Below are positions 1-12,690 of a stretch of 64,000 bases of DNA, one piece after another. The position numbers and the translations under genes are program-made. The DNA is from Marsupella aquatica. Taxonomy: Eukaryota > Plantae > Marchantiophyta. The notes under the pieces are model-generated. The model saw only the letters and a program-made list of their open reading frames with translations, made no database searches and was not told where the DNA came from. How positions within the stretch are numbered: position 1 is the first letter of the stretch; each line of letters begins with the position of its first letter. Where the stretch lies: positions 21,949,619-22,013,618 of the forward strand of contig OZ316892.1 in the NCBI GenBank assembly GCA_973895155.1. Direction: 5' to 3'.

Positions 1-1273
1 CCTAAACCCTTTCCCTGTCGTGTTTGCTTTCAATGTGTGTACGGACCCTAGTTGTACGAACATCAAATTTTTGATCATCTCAAAATCAGGAGTTTACCGG
101 GTTGTTGGAAAGAGTTTGTCGAGCTGAATATAACGACGTGTCACATGGCCAAAATGGAACTAAGATGGATGAGATATAGTGGATCACGTTTTTTTTAGAA
201 TATGGGAGTTTGGAGGCCGTACTGACGTCCGTACTGCAGGAAGTCCCGGCTTTCCAAAGGGAGGAGGAAGTAGCAGCACCTACGGAGACCGTGATCTGTG
301 TTTTTCAAAGCCGGGGCCCCCCTGGTGTTGTACGGACGAAACGGAGGGGGACGGTGTCCCGTAAAAACTTAAACGATCATATCTTGGTCATTTGGGATCC
401 ATTTTGAGTGTCATTTACGGATCCATGATCAAGAGGAGCAGGGCTGTCCAGGGTTCCCCTCAGGGGAGTAGTTTGAAATATTTGAGGTTTCAACCATGAA
501 AGGGCCTCCTCACTTCCCCAGGACTACGGATTCTGGATTGTTGTTTGGCACCATCAAAGGCACCGTCTGTCCCGTAATTGAGTAGGGTTTTAGAAGCATG
601 TGTGTGCCGCATGTTTTAGGTTAGGGATTTCTCGTGAAAGGTTTTAGCGGCGCCGCTAGGGTAGCCGCCATCGTTGTGACCCCATGAGGGGTGCTTTGGT
701 GTGTTTTTTTTCAGTATTTAGGGGGAGTCCCGTAGTGAGCTAGGGGGGAACTCAATTTAGTATGGAAAGATCTTTGTGAGTAGCACACAGAAGAGGAGGG
801 ATTTTAGCCAGAGTAGTGAGGTGGAGGACGTACCGCTTGTCCCAGGGAGGTAGGAGCTGGGTAGACTGCAGGAGGCCTGGTTGTCCTTGCATGTGTTGCG
901 TACACCACCAAGAGATATGGATTTGCTTTGAAGTTCATAAATTTTGTGTGTCACTTGTTACTTCTTGTGTTGCTTGTTTTCCTCCCCTAGTGCATGTGGT
1001 TGACTTTGTTGTGAAAGCGGTTGCCCTAGTCACTAGTGTTAAAGTCCTATTGTAAAACGTTTGTACAATTGCCCATGTGAGTGGGAGTGGTGACAGCACT
1101 CACCCGGTGGCCATTAGTTGTAGACTGTAGAGCCAGTCCCCAGGACTTGATCAAAAACGTAGAGGCCAGTCGGTAGACTTGATCAAAAAGTACACTTCCG
1201 GGAGCAGAATCAAACATACTCATTCTTAGGTGTGGGAACCCTCCAAATAGCGTCCCTCCACGACCCCGTAACA
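1..1273. mobile_element. Probable LTR (solo or terminal) of an LTR retrotransposon, running off the window start
   Basis: Non-coding block ending in ...GACCCCGTAACA (1273), an LTR-like CA terminus, with plant-LTR-like composition. No partner LTR or pol is in the window, so orientation and superfamily are unresolved. Confidence 0.35.
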
Positions 1274-1403
1274 TGATACCAACAGTTTATGCAAAGGAAA
1301 GTACGATCATATAAATGGTTGGATAGGCAAGTGACAATGCCCAACTTTGTTTGTAAATGAATCATGAATATCATTGGGTCAGATCCACTCTGGTCCCAAT
1401 GTC

Positions 1404-1655
1404 AGTTGTGCCCCTAGAGTTATGGTCTAGGGTCTCCAGTTCCATTCCCAACTCTAGTCTCTCATTCCCACTGTCTGCTGTACCCCTAGAGTTATGGTCT
1501 AGGGTCTCCAGTTCCATTCCCAACTCTAGTCTCTCATTCCCACTGTCTGTTGTACCCCTAGAGTTATGGTCTAGGGTCTCCAGTTCCATTCCCAACTCCA
1601 GTCTCTCATTCCCACTGTCTGCTGTACCCCTAGAGTTATGGTCTAGAGTCTCTAG
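1404..1655. repeat. 72-bp tandem repeat, ~3.5 near-identical copies
   Basis: CCCCTAGAGTTATGGTCTAG recurs every 72 bp (1411, 1483, 1555, 1627). The ORF track shows a 24-aa repeat on both strands. Confidence 0.9.
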
Positions 1656-4390
1656 CCTCTATGGTGTCCCATTTCCAATGTCAGTTGTGCCCCAGAGTTG
1701 TCTAGACTCTTTACTTTAGATATTCCCCCTTTACCCTTGCTTGCTGTGTGCAGTATAGTATATAAATGGGGATGAATATGCAGTCAGTTTCAATTGAATT
1801 TGCGCTCAGGTGATGAGTCCAAATCCATTGTCTATTCCCCCCAATAGCCCAACCTGTTATTGAAATTTTGGAAGTTGAGACCCATCGATCACCAAGTTCT
1901 CTTATACTGTCGCACCTATTACCTCGACATGCCTACCCTCTACCATTTCAGTGTGCATCCTGATAGCGAATGTTGACCGTTGCTATAGGAGGCGTCTAAA
2001 CAAAATATTTCCCGTATGGTGATAGTGAGGGTTTGGTCATGGATTGCTAAGAATCTAAGTATCTATTAATTATATTCTTAGTGCCCACTAGAGTGTCATG
2101 GGGTAGTACTCCAGTTCAGTTCACAATTACCTAAACTTATCTTCAAACTCTGCCCCACCTTTTCATGCAAGTTTCGAGGAAAAAATTGTTAACCAGCTAT
2201 CTGTGCCTCACCCTTGCTAATTGTGCAACCCACATACAGGGGCACTAACTTATGGTAAGCTAATGTTCTCAAAATGACACGATGAAGTTATAAAGTTCAG
2301 AGAGGATGGATCCAATGTCAACCATCAAAATACACCAAAAGTCTTTCTGATACCATTAGTTCAAAATATTTTTCTAGTGACACTTTATGCAGTGACAACA
2401 CTTCTGCCATCAAAGGGTATAATCTTTATAGAAAGCCACTCTTCAAGGTCTATGATTTGCAGGTTAGATTGTGAATTTGGGGCATAACTGAACTTGCAAG
2501 TGCCATTGTAAATTGAGGGCATGGTGAAGGGTGAGTCTCTCTGAAGCTGGTGCAACAAGCTTCAATGTACTCACCCTAATTTAGGTAGAAGAACAGACTC
2601 AGTTTAGTGCCATCTTTTTGTGCAACTCACATGAATGAACTACTCTAGTGGAAGGGGGCTTTACAAGAACTTGGGGACAGTTCTTTTTCCTATGGTTGAG
2701 ATGAAATCCTAGCCATTCAAACGATGAGAACGGGTTACACTTCAGTTTGCATGAACTTGGGAGCACAATCAGGCAAAACTACAGCAGATCCAGGTCACCT
2801 GCCAGTGTGCCCCTTGCGCTTGTCCATATTTTGCTGACATGTCCATGCTTTTTAAATCAAAAACTTACTTTAGTGTATGTAACGGACCTCGAGTTTGCTA
2901 TGGGTGAAAGGGGCGATATGTGCCCTGAGTTCTTGTAAAACCCCCCTAATCTAACCATGGGAGGCGCCTCTTGAGAGCTGGGGAGCGAGAAAGATACGAA
3001 AAAGAAAGGGCACCAATGCGCCGAAATTTCACAAGACGAACTTTTCCGCGTGGCTGCTCTTTAGGGGGCGACACTTCAGACCACGGTAGTAGTTTCACTG
3101 TCCTCTAGTTCAGCAGCAGTAGTACGTCCCAAAGCCGACAACACTTCAAGGGCCTGCTGACGCCGATCCGGCGCCTCGCCCTTTCGCAGCGCCAGGGCCA
3201 GCCAAGCCCAAGCCCAAGCCCAAGCAGGGCCACTCTCTCTCTCTCGTCGGCTGGGCGGGGCCACGCAGGAGGGCCGGGAGAACGACGCTGCGAGGTCACC
3301 GGCAAGGCGTCTTCCGATCGAGGCCGAGTTCAATTGCCGGCACTGTGTTGAGAGAAGCGACGAAGACGAGGTCGACACAGAGCGAAGAGAGAGGAAGGAA
3401 TCGAGGAAAGCAGCACAACGGGAAAAGGGAGGGACGACGAACGACGAACGACGAGAGTGACGGTGGTGGTGGTGGTGGCGGTGCTGGTCGAGGCCCGAGG
3501 CGAAGAGGAGGGAAGAGTGCTTCGGAATTGTTGTGTCGAGAGAGGAGAGAGAGGGAGGACGACGGATCGGAGGCAGGAAGTAGGAAGAGAGAGACAGACA
3601 GATACACAGAACCCTAGTATGTAGTGTGGTGTGTGTCTTGTGTGGAAAGCGAGTGAGTCTTTTCGAGCGAGCAGATCGGAGATCAGTCGAGGCAGAGGAC
3701 GGGTGCAGGTGACAGAGATGGATGTTGGGATTCTGAGTTGCTATGATATATTTCGACGAAGAGGAGAGGGCGCGGTGGAAGCAATAGCGTTCATTGTGGC
3801 AGCGGGAGCGGGCGAGGAGGTGGACGAGAGAATTGGAATGATTTATTGAGGAGGGGTGGTGCGGGGATTATTATTTTTTCTCGGCTGTTTTCGCCGGACG
3901 GGTCAGGGACGAAAGTGTGGAACGTGGAGGGGAGGGGGGAGAGATGGCAGGGCGACGAGAGAGCGAGGATTGAGGGAAACTACGGAGTGGAGAAGGGAGA
4001 GGTGGAGAGAGAGGAGAAAAAGTTGAGTGGATGATATTGACGCGAGAGCAATGCTGCTGCCTCTTCTGCCTGTATTACGCGGTCAGCCTGGGGCCCTGCT
4101 ATCGCCCCCCTTTGTAGCTTTGGTCGCATTGGAGGCCTGAGAGACAACTGCGAATAGTCTACTGTGTCGACGTTCTCTGTCCTACTTAGTAGTTCGAAGT
4201 GAGGGCCGGCGGCGGATGTGAAGAATCCAAGCTGTGTATATGTTCCGGAACACGGTGCATGCGTCGTGACGGCCGGTTAGCGCAGTTCGGTCAGAGAGAG
4301 AGAGAGCAAGAGAGAGAGAGCGAGAGAGAGAGAAAGAGAAAGGTAACGAAGGGTTGTCAGCCGGTCGTTAAGGCCGAGTGAAATAGGTGT

Positions 4391-7300
4391 ATGACGGGCG
4401 CCGAAGTTGTTTCTGATGATAGGCCTCGAAGGCGCCCCATGCGCGCATGTACTGCGCGTACTCCGGCCAGGCTAGCGCCTGCCGCGCCGCTGCCTCCCAA
4501 TCCGAAAAGGGGTACACCCGTCAAGAAGTTCGTCGCTGAAAATTCGTCTCCTTCTCAGCCTTTCACGCCGATTGCACTCACGTCGTCACCTTTGCCAGCT
4601 CAAGAAGAGAGATGGCAATTACGGAACATGTGGGAACTTTCTGCTGTTCTTCATTTCCTCCATGTAAGCTCTCTATGGCCTTACTTTCTCCCGCCCTGGC
4701 TGCCACTGCTCCATACAATGTGAGTTTTTTTACGTTGGGTTGTTAGACCGTATAACAACTGTTGTCGCTCTGCACTGGTTTCCAACTCGAACCCGTCTTG
4801 CTGTAATATGATGAGTTGCTCTTCAACTTTATGACTTCGACGACGGCAATTATATTACACGAAGAATTTACGTGAAGCACTGCATTTGGCTCGGTCCATA
4901 TGCTTCAGATTCCGTGACCCTTCTGGCAGACACGTGCGTCGCACTCTCCTGGTCTGAGGGAGACCTTTTGCCGAACTTGGAGTCTTAGGGGTCGAAGTTG
5001 GTTTTTGCATCTGGGAACCGAGTCATGTTCTGTTCACCAGCTCTCTATTTCGTTACCCTTAATAAGCTGAATATAAATTAGACTGTATGTAATTGGGCTG
5101 CCATTTTGCAGAGAACTGAAGGGGTCATTGCACGAATAGTCAGACACTGTTTGGAATACAGATTAGTCCTTCCCACGTTTGTGCTCCCTTGTCTGCAAAA
5201 TACGATCCAGATATGCATACCAAACAGGATTCGCAATGCGTTTTTCCAAACGACTCTACTACCAGCTCGTGAGCTTTGAAAGAAATTCGTGTCCTGCTCT
5301 GTGCTTGCTGAACAATACGCGGTTGACTCCTATGATCTTCAGTGGAGTCAGTTCCCTCTTAATCTGAATCTATCATTTCTATTGAGACCAGGGAATATTT
5401 ACGTAATGCTACGAAGACGATTTAGGGGTAATGGGTCGGATATCGTACTTTTTGTGGAGTATATAGTTGGTCGCTTAGGGTTTGTGTTTCGCTCTTTCAT
5501 GCTCTCGGACTGCAAGGTCTACTATTCAGAAAATCTAGTCCTATAACTTTAGGTAGAGTCTGGAAAAGCGCTAATGTTTTTTTTTGCTTGCAATTTGCGC
5601 AGGTTTTTCGGCCAGTGTTAGGGATCGGGGACGAATTTTCGGGAGAGGATCTGGAGTCTGCATTGCTCGTTCCTAACAACAGATTGGGAAATATTCACAT
5701 TTTACTGTTGAAGGTTTGTCTTCCCTACAAAGGTTTCGTCCACTGCAGATGCTACTCGCAGATGAGGGAGTGCTTCAACCATCGCGATCTATCATGTTGC
5801 GTAGGCATTTCAAGTTTTATTTTTCCATTGCAGCAGCCCTAATGTCAGCCATTTCCTTGATGAACTGTGCTCGACCCTTCTGGACACCTCTCTCAAATTT
5901 GCAGAACCTACTCAATCATGTAAATATGGCTGGACATACGTGTTAGCCTTGTTGGAACACATGTAATATTTACGACCTAATTCCAGAATTTTATACTGTG
6001 ATTCTTCATGTTCCTCCTCCTATCAGCCTTGATGCCCGTATCTGTTCTAAGGAGGCGCCTGTTCCTTTGCGTTGATACTTGCATCATGGTGATTATATTC
6101 AATGTTACCGATCTGAATCTCAATATCCTTCCATCGTTAACCCGAGACATGGACAGTTTGTAAGTAGTGTGGCTGCATCTTGAACGAGAAATTACACGAA
6201 TAGGAACCCTTCTCTTCACTTATGATCATCACCCCTCACAACGTATATTTCGTCGAACTTGTATTTTCAATCATCATGAAAACCGTGTTTGGATGCATGC
6301 TTGCTAACCAGCGTTAGCGAGCTGGGTTTGACGTTTCCTTGTCTCTTGAGTGTTGCGTTTGAAACCTGTAAGCAAGTCATCTCCTCGTCTGGATCTGTCC
6401 TCTGGATGTGTGTGAGGTTTTGCCCTCCTATTGCCTTCTTAGGCTTCTTCTTTGGTTTGTGAAGCAGATGTTGGTGTTTCTCAAGATTGCTGAGAAGCTT
6501 GCTGATCAACTTTGCGTTGGCTTCATCCTTCGTCATGCAGGCAGTTCCTCCTGTTCATAGAAGTCCGCTAAACCTCGATACGTGGGTGACAATTTTGAGC
6601 AAGAAGATCCAAACTTGGTGGCCTTGGGTGAGCCATTTGTTCGGGACCACAAGTTGTACACCTCGGCCTATTACAGAAATGTTTTCTTCAAGAATAATCA
6701 GATTTGACCCTAGGATGTGTGTGCCCAGAGTGTGAAATTATAGTAGACTGCTGTTTACGCAACTCAATTGATTGAGTTGTTTCGCTTTATAACTGTTCAA
6801 GTGTCTGTACCTCGATATTAACGTTACCTGCCGTCTCCGCATGCAATATCAAGCCAAGGGAGCCAGGTTCTTGGTGGTACTTCTTGCACGAATAGTGTGA
6901 CATTCTCATTCTGACTTGTTTGTTTCTTCGGTGATCGTGCAGATTGTTGAAGGAGCTTGTCCACTGGTTCCTGCTCATGGGTACTATTTTCGTTCCATGT
7001 ATATCATGTTTGACTTTCTGACTTTTTCGCCAGCCTAAAGTCAGTATGAAAGTACTGCAGTCTCTTGGATGAATGTTGGTATTAAAATGTGGTGTTGATC
7101 TTTACTTTGGTACTTGCAGACAAGAAGTGGAAGTATACAAGGAATTCCGTCCAGGAACCAGACTGATAATCTTGAAAGCACTATGTGAGATCCGCCTTGA
7201 TGTAGGCATCTTCCCTTCCTAATGTTCTTACCTCCTACCGGTTTATATGAAATCGCTGCTTTCATCATTGGTGATGAGATTAGGATGCCAGATTTTAAGG

Positions 7301-9793
7301 AAATGGTTGAAGTAATGATGCGAAGGCCTTACCATCATTGTTAGGCGGAGCCCTCCACATCTGATCTATTTCTGTGATATCTAGTAGGTGTGAAAAACTA
7401 TCTGTTCGACTTGTTCTAGTGACCTTTCGACCATTTGATTTCCGTTTGTTTAGATTCTCAGTATGTTGAAATTGTGATCTGCAGCAAGAAGATGTACGAC
7501 TTTACGTTGAGCAGAGCCTTAAACAAGGGCATTCTGTTTCCAATTTCCGCAAGGAGCGATTGGGCGCTGATATGTTTGGAACCACCTACTGGTAGGGTTA
7601 TGTGGGAACGACCACTTTGTTCATATTCCCAATCGGTCTTGTTGAGAAGCATTCCTTTTTGATTTTTTAGCGTGGCTGATAACACTGGATCTACGCAGGT
7701 ACTTTGATGATCCAATGCTTGGTCATAGACTATGTAGAGATACCCGAGTGGAGCCCAAATTGAAGTTCAGAATCAAAGCACGGGACTATCCTGCTCCAGC
7801 TGAGAGCAATCATCTGTGGGAGACTTTGGCCACCAATTATGAAGAATTTCATTTTGTGGCAGTAAGGGACTCTCTTACTCCTGGATTGAAGAATTTGCGT
7901 GTCCCAGAACTCATTGCTTAAGGGATGATATTGTCACAAATGCTATTCAGCCATGGACTTTGTGAGTGTCTCTTTGTGGCAATTTTCATTGAAGGATCTT
8001 CTGTGCGAGTGTAGGAACAATTGACATTAAGCACACAAAAGCTGGAAGCTGCTCTCGGCAAAAAGATTACTTCAGACATATTGCCAGAGCTAGAGGAAAT
8101 GCAAAAGGTACGAGATTAATTAGGTTTTTCTGACTTAATTCTAAATATACGATTTTTTTCCTTCTATGGCTAACAGTTGCCTTTATCGCAATGTGTGGTT
8201 CTATGGCTGCAGCAGACACTTTAATCGTCTCAACACATCAGTCGTTTTGTTTGTGAGTTGTTGAGTGTACAGGGGAATTCAGGGGAACGGTTCCGTCTGG
8301 GTTAGATTCATTGCTGATTAAATTATATTTGTGTCCTGTAGAAGAAGGAGAGGGTATTAAAGAAACAGCAGAGACAGTCTGTGCTTTTGGACAACCTTAT
8401 CCACGGGAATGGGCTGGCAGCAGGGCGGTCGCGCAGAGATCGGAAGCCAGTGTCTTACACCTTTGGTAAGTGTTTTGCTGGACCTTTTTTTCCTGCTGTT
8501 GGCTCACAAGGGAGTATTCTTAAAAAAATAATGATTAAATATTGTTTCGAATACTGCTCCGGAATGTCACATGCAAGCATGTTTATCCATTTTCACGTGA
8601 ATGCATCGACTCTCTTTCTGTCGGTCTAAAGCATTGGAGTAATTCCGGAAGAGGAATGCGTTGGGAGCAGATACACTGCAAAGGCTCTTGGAGGGATGGG
8701 ATATTTTATTGCCGTTTAATTCAGTCGCATCCTCTTTTTTAGTTTTTTCTGGTACTGGGCATGACGTCTATTAAGACGGTGGTTTCGGATTCTGGTCTGA
8801 TCGTGTTGGATTTTAGATGACACGATTACTGTCTGTAATTCATAAACGTGAGAAAATTTTAGGATGTGATCTGACTGGCCTGATCAATATCAGTTTCTGG
8901 TGCTGGGGTGCTTTACAAATATCCTGTCAGCTTCACGTTCCGTCCTGTTTGTTACAGTGGGTTTTTGTCTGATCTATGATTGTTGACAACTTGGGTGCTC
9001 TGTGGCAGATGATTATGATCGGTCAATTAATGAGGCAATCAAATTCACAAAGTGAGTAAACATCATTTGTTTCACCAATTCTGAGTCCGTTTTGGTTATG
9101 GTCAAGTTTTCAGGATATAACGTTTCTACGTATCATTAGTTTATGATGTGTTGCTTACCGTGGTGCAGGAAGCGACAGTCATCACCTGAGGAGTCTCATC
9201 AACAAGATATGAAAGGCATTTATGACAGATCCAATGGTGCAAACGGGCATATGGGGATGTATTCAGGTCACGCATCAGGCATTAACGGTGATCATGGCAA
9301 TCATGGAGCGGATGGTGGAGGTCTCACCAACCTTTCTTCAGGAAGGTGAGCAATAGTTAATGAATACTTCGCTCTTGAATTGGCTTAATGATTGATAAAA
9401 GTTTCTGGTTATTGGTCAGTGATACCTACACTATTCATGTGCACATCTGACCCTCTTAGGAACTGCTAGAATGTTGACCATTAAAGAGGTTTCTCACTTT
9501 TGGCTCTCCTATTTCACATCAACCACTGGAGATCTGAACTTTTATGATGGTCTTGAAGCAGGAGACAATCACGCAGGAGTCAACGCTATTCGGAGAGCGA
9601 GTATGTAGGTACTATTTATGATGATGCTGAAACATCTAGTGATGATGAAATAGAGGGTGAGGCAATATATGATGAGAATTATTTGCGTGAGAGAAAGCGC
9701 AGGAAGAAACTCGTTTCTAGTTCTGATGACGAGGATTATCGTGGTGACGAAGTAGAAGAGGCCAGTGTAGAAGATGATGATATTGAAGATATC

Positions 9794-9827
<34 letters not shown>

Positions 9828-10600
9828 GTCATCTTCATAGAAGTAGAAGTCAGCAGGAAAGATATACAGGGAAGAGGAAACGGAAAGAGCACAAATTGAA
9901 GTCCGTGGATGAACTTCAAGGAGGACTATCATGGGGTTTACGGCGTAGTAAACGGGCTACTAAAAGTGAAATTGATTACAGTAAATTTGGTGATAGTGAA
10001 TCTGAGGACGAGGAAAATGCAGTGGGGTATAGGGGTACGCAGGAGAGAGATAGGGCCACAACTTCTTTTGGTGGTGATTCAGATGCATCTTTTGGGCCAA
10101 GCGATGATTCTCAAGGTGCAAGAGAAAGTGACGCTGACAGTGAGGGTTTCCAAGAAGTGAAGAAGAGCAAACAGAAACTCAAGGATCTGCATGACCGTAA
10201 GGTTGTGTCACACCTGCATGATGTCGATGAGAAGCCTGCCATGAGAAGCTCTACAGTAGGGCCTGGCCAACAGCAACATGGAGCTTCCTTCTTGAGATCA
10301 GAACACAGCAATTGGGGGAACCAATCTACCAAATATGCATCGCATTCTGACATAAAGCCCCGTCGGTTTCTTGATTTGAATGTGGCAGCTCCTGCAGGTG
10401 GCGGCTTTGAAGAAGCTGCAGGTACCAGTACCCATGTACATGCCGATGCGCATGGTGATGACGACAGGTCTTTACAGGTCCAATCTGATGACGAAGATGA
10501 CGATTATTTTGGTGATGGAGGTAGAGTTGACGTTTCCAGTAGCTACACAAGTAATGGATTTAACCCCGGTTCATCAGTTGGTGCGAAAGCAGAAGGATAG
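4391..10600 (+). CDS. DDR4: DDT/WHIM-domain protein, DDR4-like ISWI chromatin-remodelling subunit (about 12 exons)
   Basis: GT-AG exons spliced by hand: 4391-4663, 5603-5713, 6541-6627, 6943-6980, 7120-7201, 7484-7591, 7700-7861, 8015-8107, 8342-8465, 9011-9051, 9169-9345, 9562-10600 (later boundaries approximate). Motifs: LRNMWELSAVLHFLHVF (DDT), RLIILKALCEIRLD (WHIM1), FRKERLGADMFGTTYWYFDDP (WHIM2-like), WETLATNYEEF, GRSRRDRKPVSYTFDDYDRSINEAI, acidic tail with FLDLN. Confidence 0.9.
9794..9826 (+). repeat. (GAT)11 coding microsatellite (poly-Asp) in the DDR4-like last exon
   Basis: Eleven consecutive GAT triplets in frame. Confidence 0.95.
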
Positions 10601-11805
10601 GATCTCACTCAGTCTGTCCTTTTGCCCCTCACTCGTCTATCCAGTATGTGGGGTCTTGGGCTGGATGGCAACAACGGATGCTGTAGAATGAGTACTCCCG
10701 AAGGCTTTTGTACGCATAGTATCTATTCATGTCCAGTTCATGCCGTCTCGCTCCTGACGAAGCAATTTCAGTCCTTCCGAGTACTCTTTGTATATGATTA
10801 ATTCGCTCATCACCTGACGTAGAGAAAGGTCAGGTGCTTGAAATTGTAAAATATATATATATGTCATGATTAGGCGGGTAGATCATTTGAGGATATTGTT
10901 TCCAGCCATTGCTGAGAAGGAAAGATGACATACTGCGCTCTGTATTTTGGAAACTTGGAAGAGATCAGACACATGTGTCAAATGAGAATTTTGGGGCTGG
11001 TGTTGTAAGCAATTATCTAAATTTTTGGATCCTCGGCATGCAAAACTGGGTCTATTGTACATCTTTGCTCCTTGGCATGAGGGATCTCGCCTGGAGTGGG
11101 CGTCTGAAGCCCTTTCAGTTGATATTCTGGAGTAGTTTACCCAGAGTCTTTTGGCTTGCAATGAATGCACCAGAGTCCCTCCAATTTTGTCGGGTGTAGT
11201 GTGATTATGTAGCAGAATTGGTACTAGCATGAACGATGCTACAACTAACAGGGGTGAAATCAATGTGATGTACGTTGCGTGGAGTCATATGTTCTTGTTC
11301 TAGTAATGACTTGTGACCTATTTTAGTGGATTGGGACTTCAGGTAACAGCAGTGGCACCCGGTGCAGCGTGCAATGATTGCAAACCCTGTTCTGATGGCC
11401 TGCCCTGCGGGTCCCATTGTTAGCTACATCACCCATTACCTTTCTCTAACAAGTGTTGGATATGGTAGGCCCCAAACCCAGTTCACAAACGTGTCTGGTG
11501 ACAAGAAAAATACGACACTGGCAATCCGGAATTAATTCAAGTGGTAATGTCAGAGGTGAGATTTTACTCTATTGGGTGAATTGGTGCAAACTTTGATTCG
11601 GAACTTTGAGCGCAGGTTGGAAACCGCATTTTGAATGGACGCACTCGGAATTGGAGCAAATTCACTTCAATTGAATGGATTCAAATTCGAGTCATGGCCA
11701 CTGGCTTCCCTACCCAGAGTAGTCAGAGTCCATGTGGTCTTAATGGTCCCAAATGGATGGCCCAACGTTGGTCACTGTTTTGGTGAACCCAATGTGAGTA
11801 GGCGG

Positions 11806-11928
11806 GGAAGATTATTTGCTTCCACCTGCAGGAGAGGATATTATTTGCTACCACCTGCAGGAGAGGATCCAGTGTAAATTGTCAAGATTGAATGATCCTC
11901 TCCTGCAGGTGGTAGCAAATAATCTTCC
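11806..11928. repeat. Fold-back: perfect 30-bp inverted repeat with a 24-nt loop, plus a tandem duplicate of the left arm
   Basis: 11840-11869 ATTATTTGCTACCACCTGCAGGAGAGGATC is the exact reverse complement of 11894-11923. 11806-11839 is a near-copy of the left arm. Confidence 0.9.
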
Positions 11929-12099
11929 TAAATGAATGACACAATGTTGGTAACTCCGTTCTCTTTTGATCACCAAGTGTGAGCAGGTGGGGAGATCTTT
12001 GGGACACTCTTTTGATTGCCCAGGAGTGTGCAGGCCGGGGGACCTAACTTACGCTCCTAACTTAAATTCATGTAATGAGTCTGCTAGCTAAGAGATGAC

Positions 12100-12690
12100 C
12101 TTGTAAAGGACTTCCAAGGTTTTGCCCGAGACAACTAGATTTCCTGTGTAATGAGAAACAAATTGACTTCACCTGTGACCCTAGCATTCAATAGTGTTTC
12201 TGCGGACTTGAAGGTCATGCCGGAAAACGACCTTGTAAGTGAATTGGAAGATATTGCCTGAGACCCCCACCTATGACCTTGTCAGTGATTTGGAAAGTGT
12301 TGCCTAAGACCCCACCTCCAGCTGTCCTGCTCGCTGAGATACAAATTGCCCTGACTTGTGACCATACCATTGGTTGACATGTATGAGGACTTGAAGGGTT
12401 TTGCCCAAGACTGCCACCCAAAATGTCCTTGTCAAGGGACATGCAAGACTAGTGATCATCCATCAATAGCATTTATGAGGACTCCATGGTTTTGCCTAAG
12501 ACACCTGCTTTCCTGTGCAATGAGATCCTACCATTCAGTAGCATTTCTGAGGAACTCAAGGGTTTGCTTCAGACCCAATCTGAGTCGGCCTTGGAAAGAT
12601 ACATGCAAGACATGCATGATCATACTATTCCATGCCATTTTGGAGGACTTGAAGGTTTTGTCTAAGACCCTCTCCTTTCCTGTGTAATGA
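12100..12690. repeat. Degenerate minisatellite-like array
   Basis: A motif like GAGGACTTGAAGGTTTTGCCYAAGAC recurs about 8 times. Inter-motif segments also share words (TTTCCTGTGYAATGAG x3, ACATGCAAGAC x2). Confidence 0.6.

Noticed and set aside
1357-1719. ORFs with a 24-aa repeat on both strands
   Set aside because: A by-product of a stop-free 72-bp tandem repeat, with no other gene signals.
9569-9932. Antisense ORFs with poly-Ile and poly-His
   Set aside because: They are the reverse reading of the (GAT)11 poly-Asp tract in DDR4.
12100-12690. Repeat-spacer appearance resembling a CRISPR array
   Set aside because: Repeats are degenerate and irregularly spaced, the spacers share sequence with each other, the context is eukaryotic and there are no cas genes.
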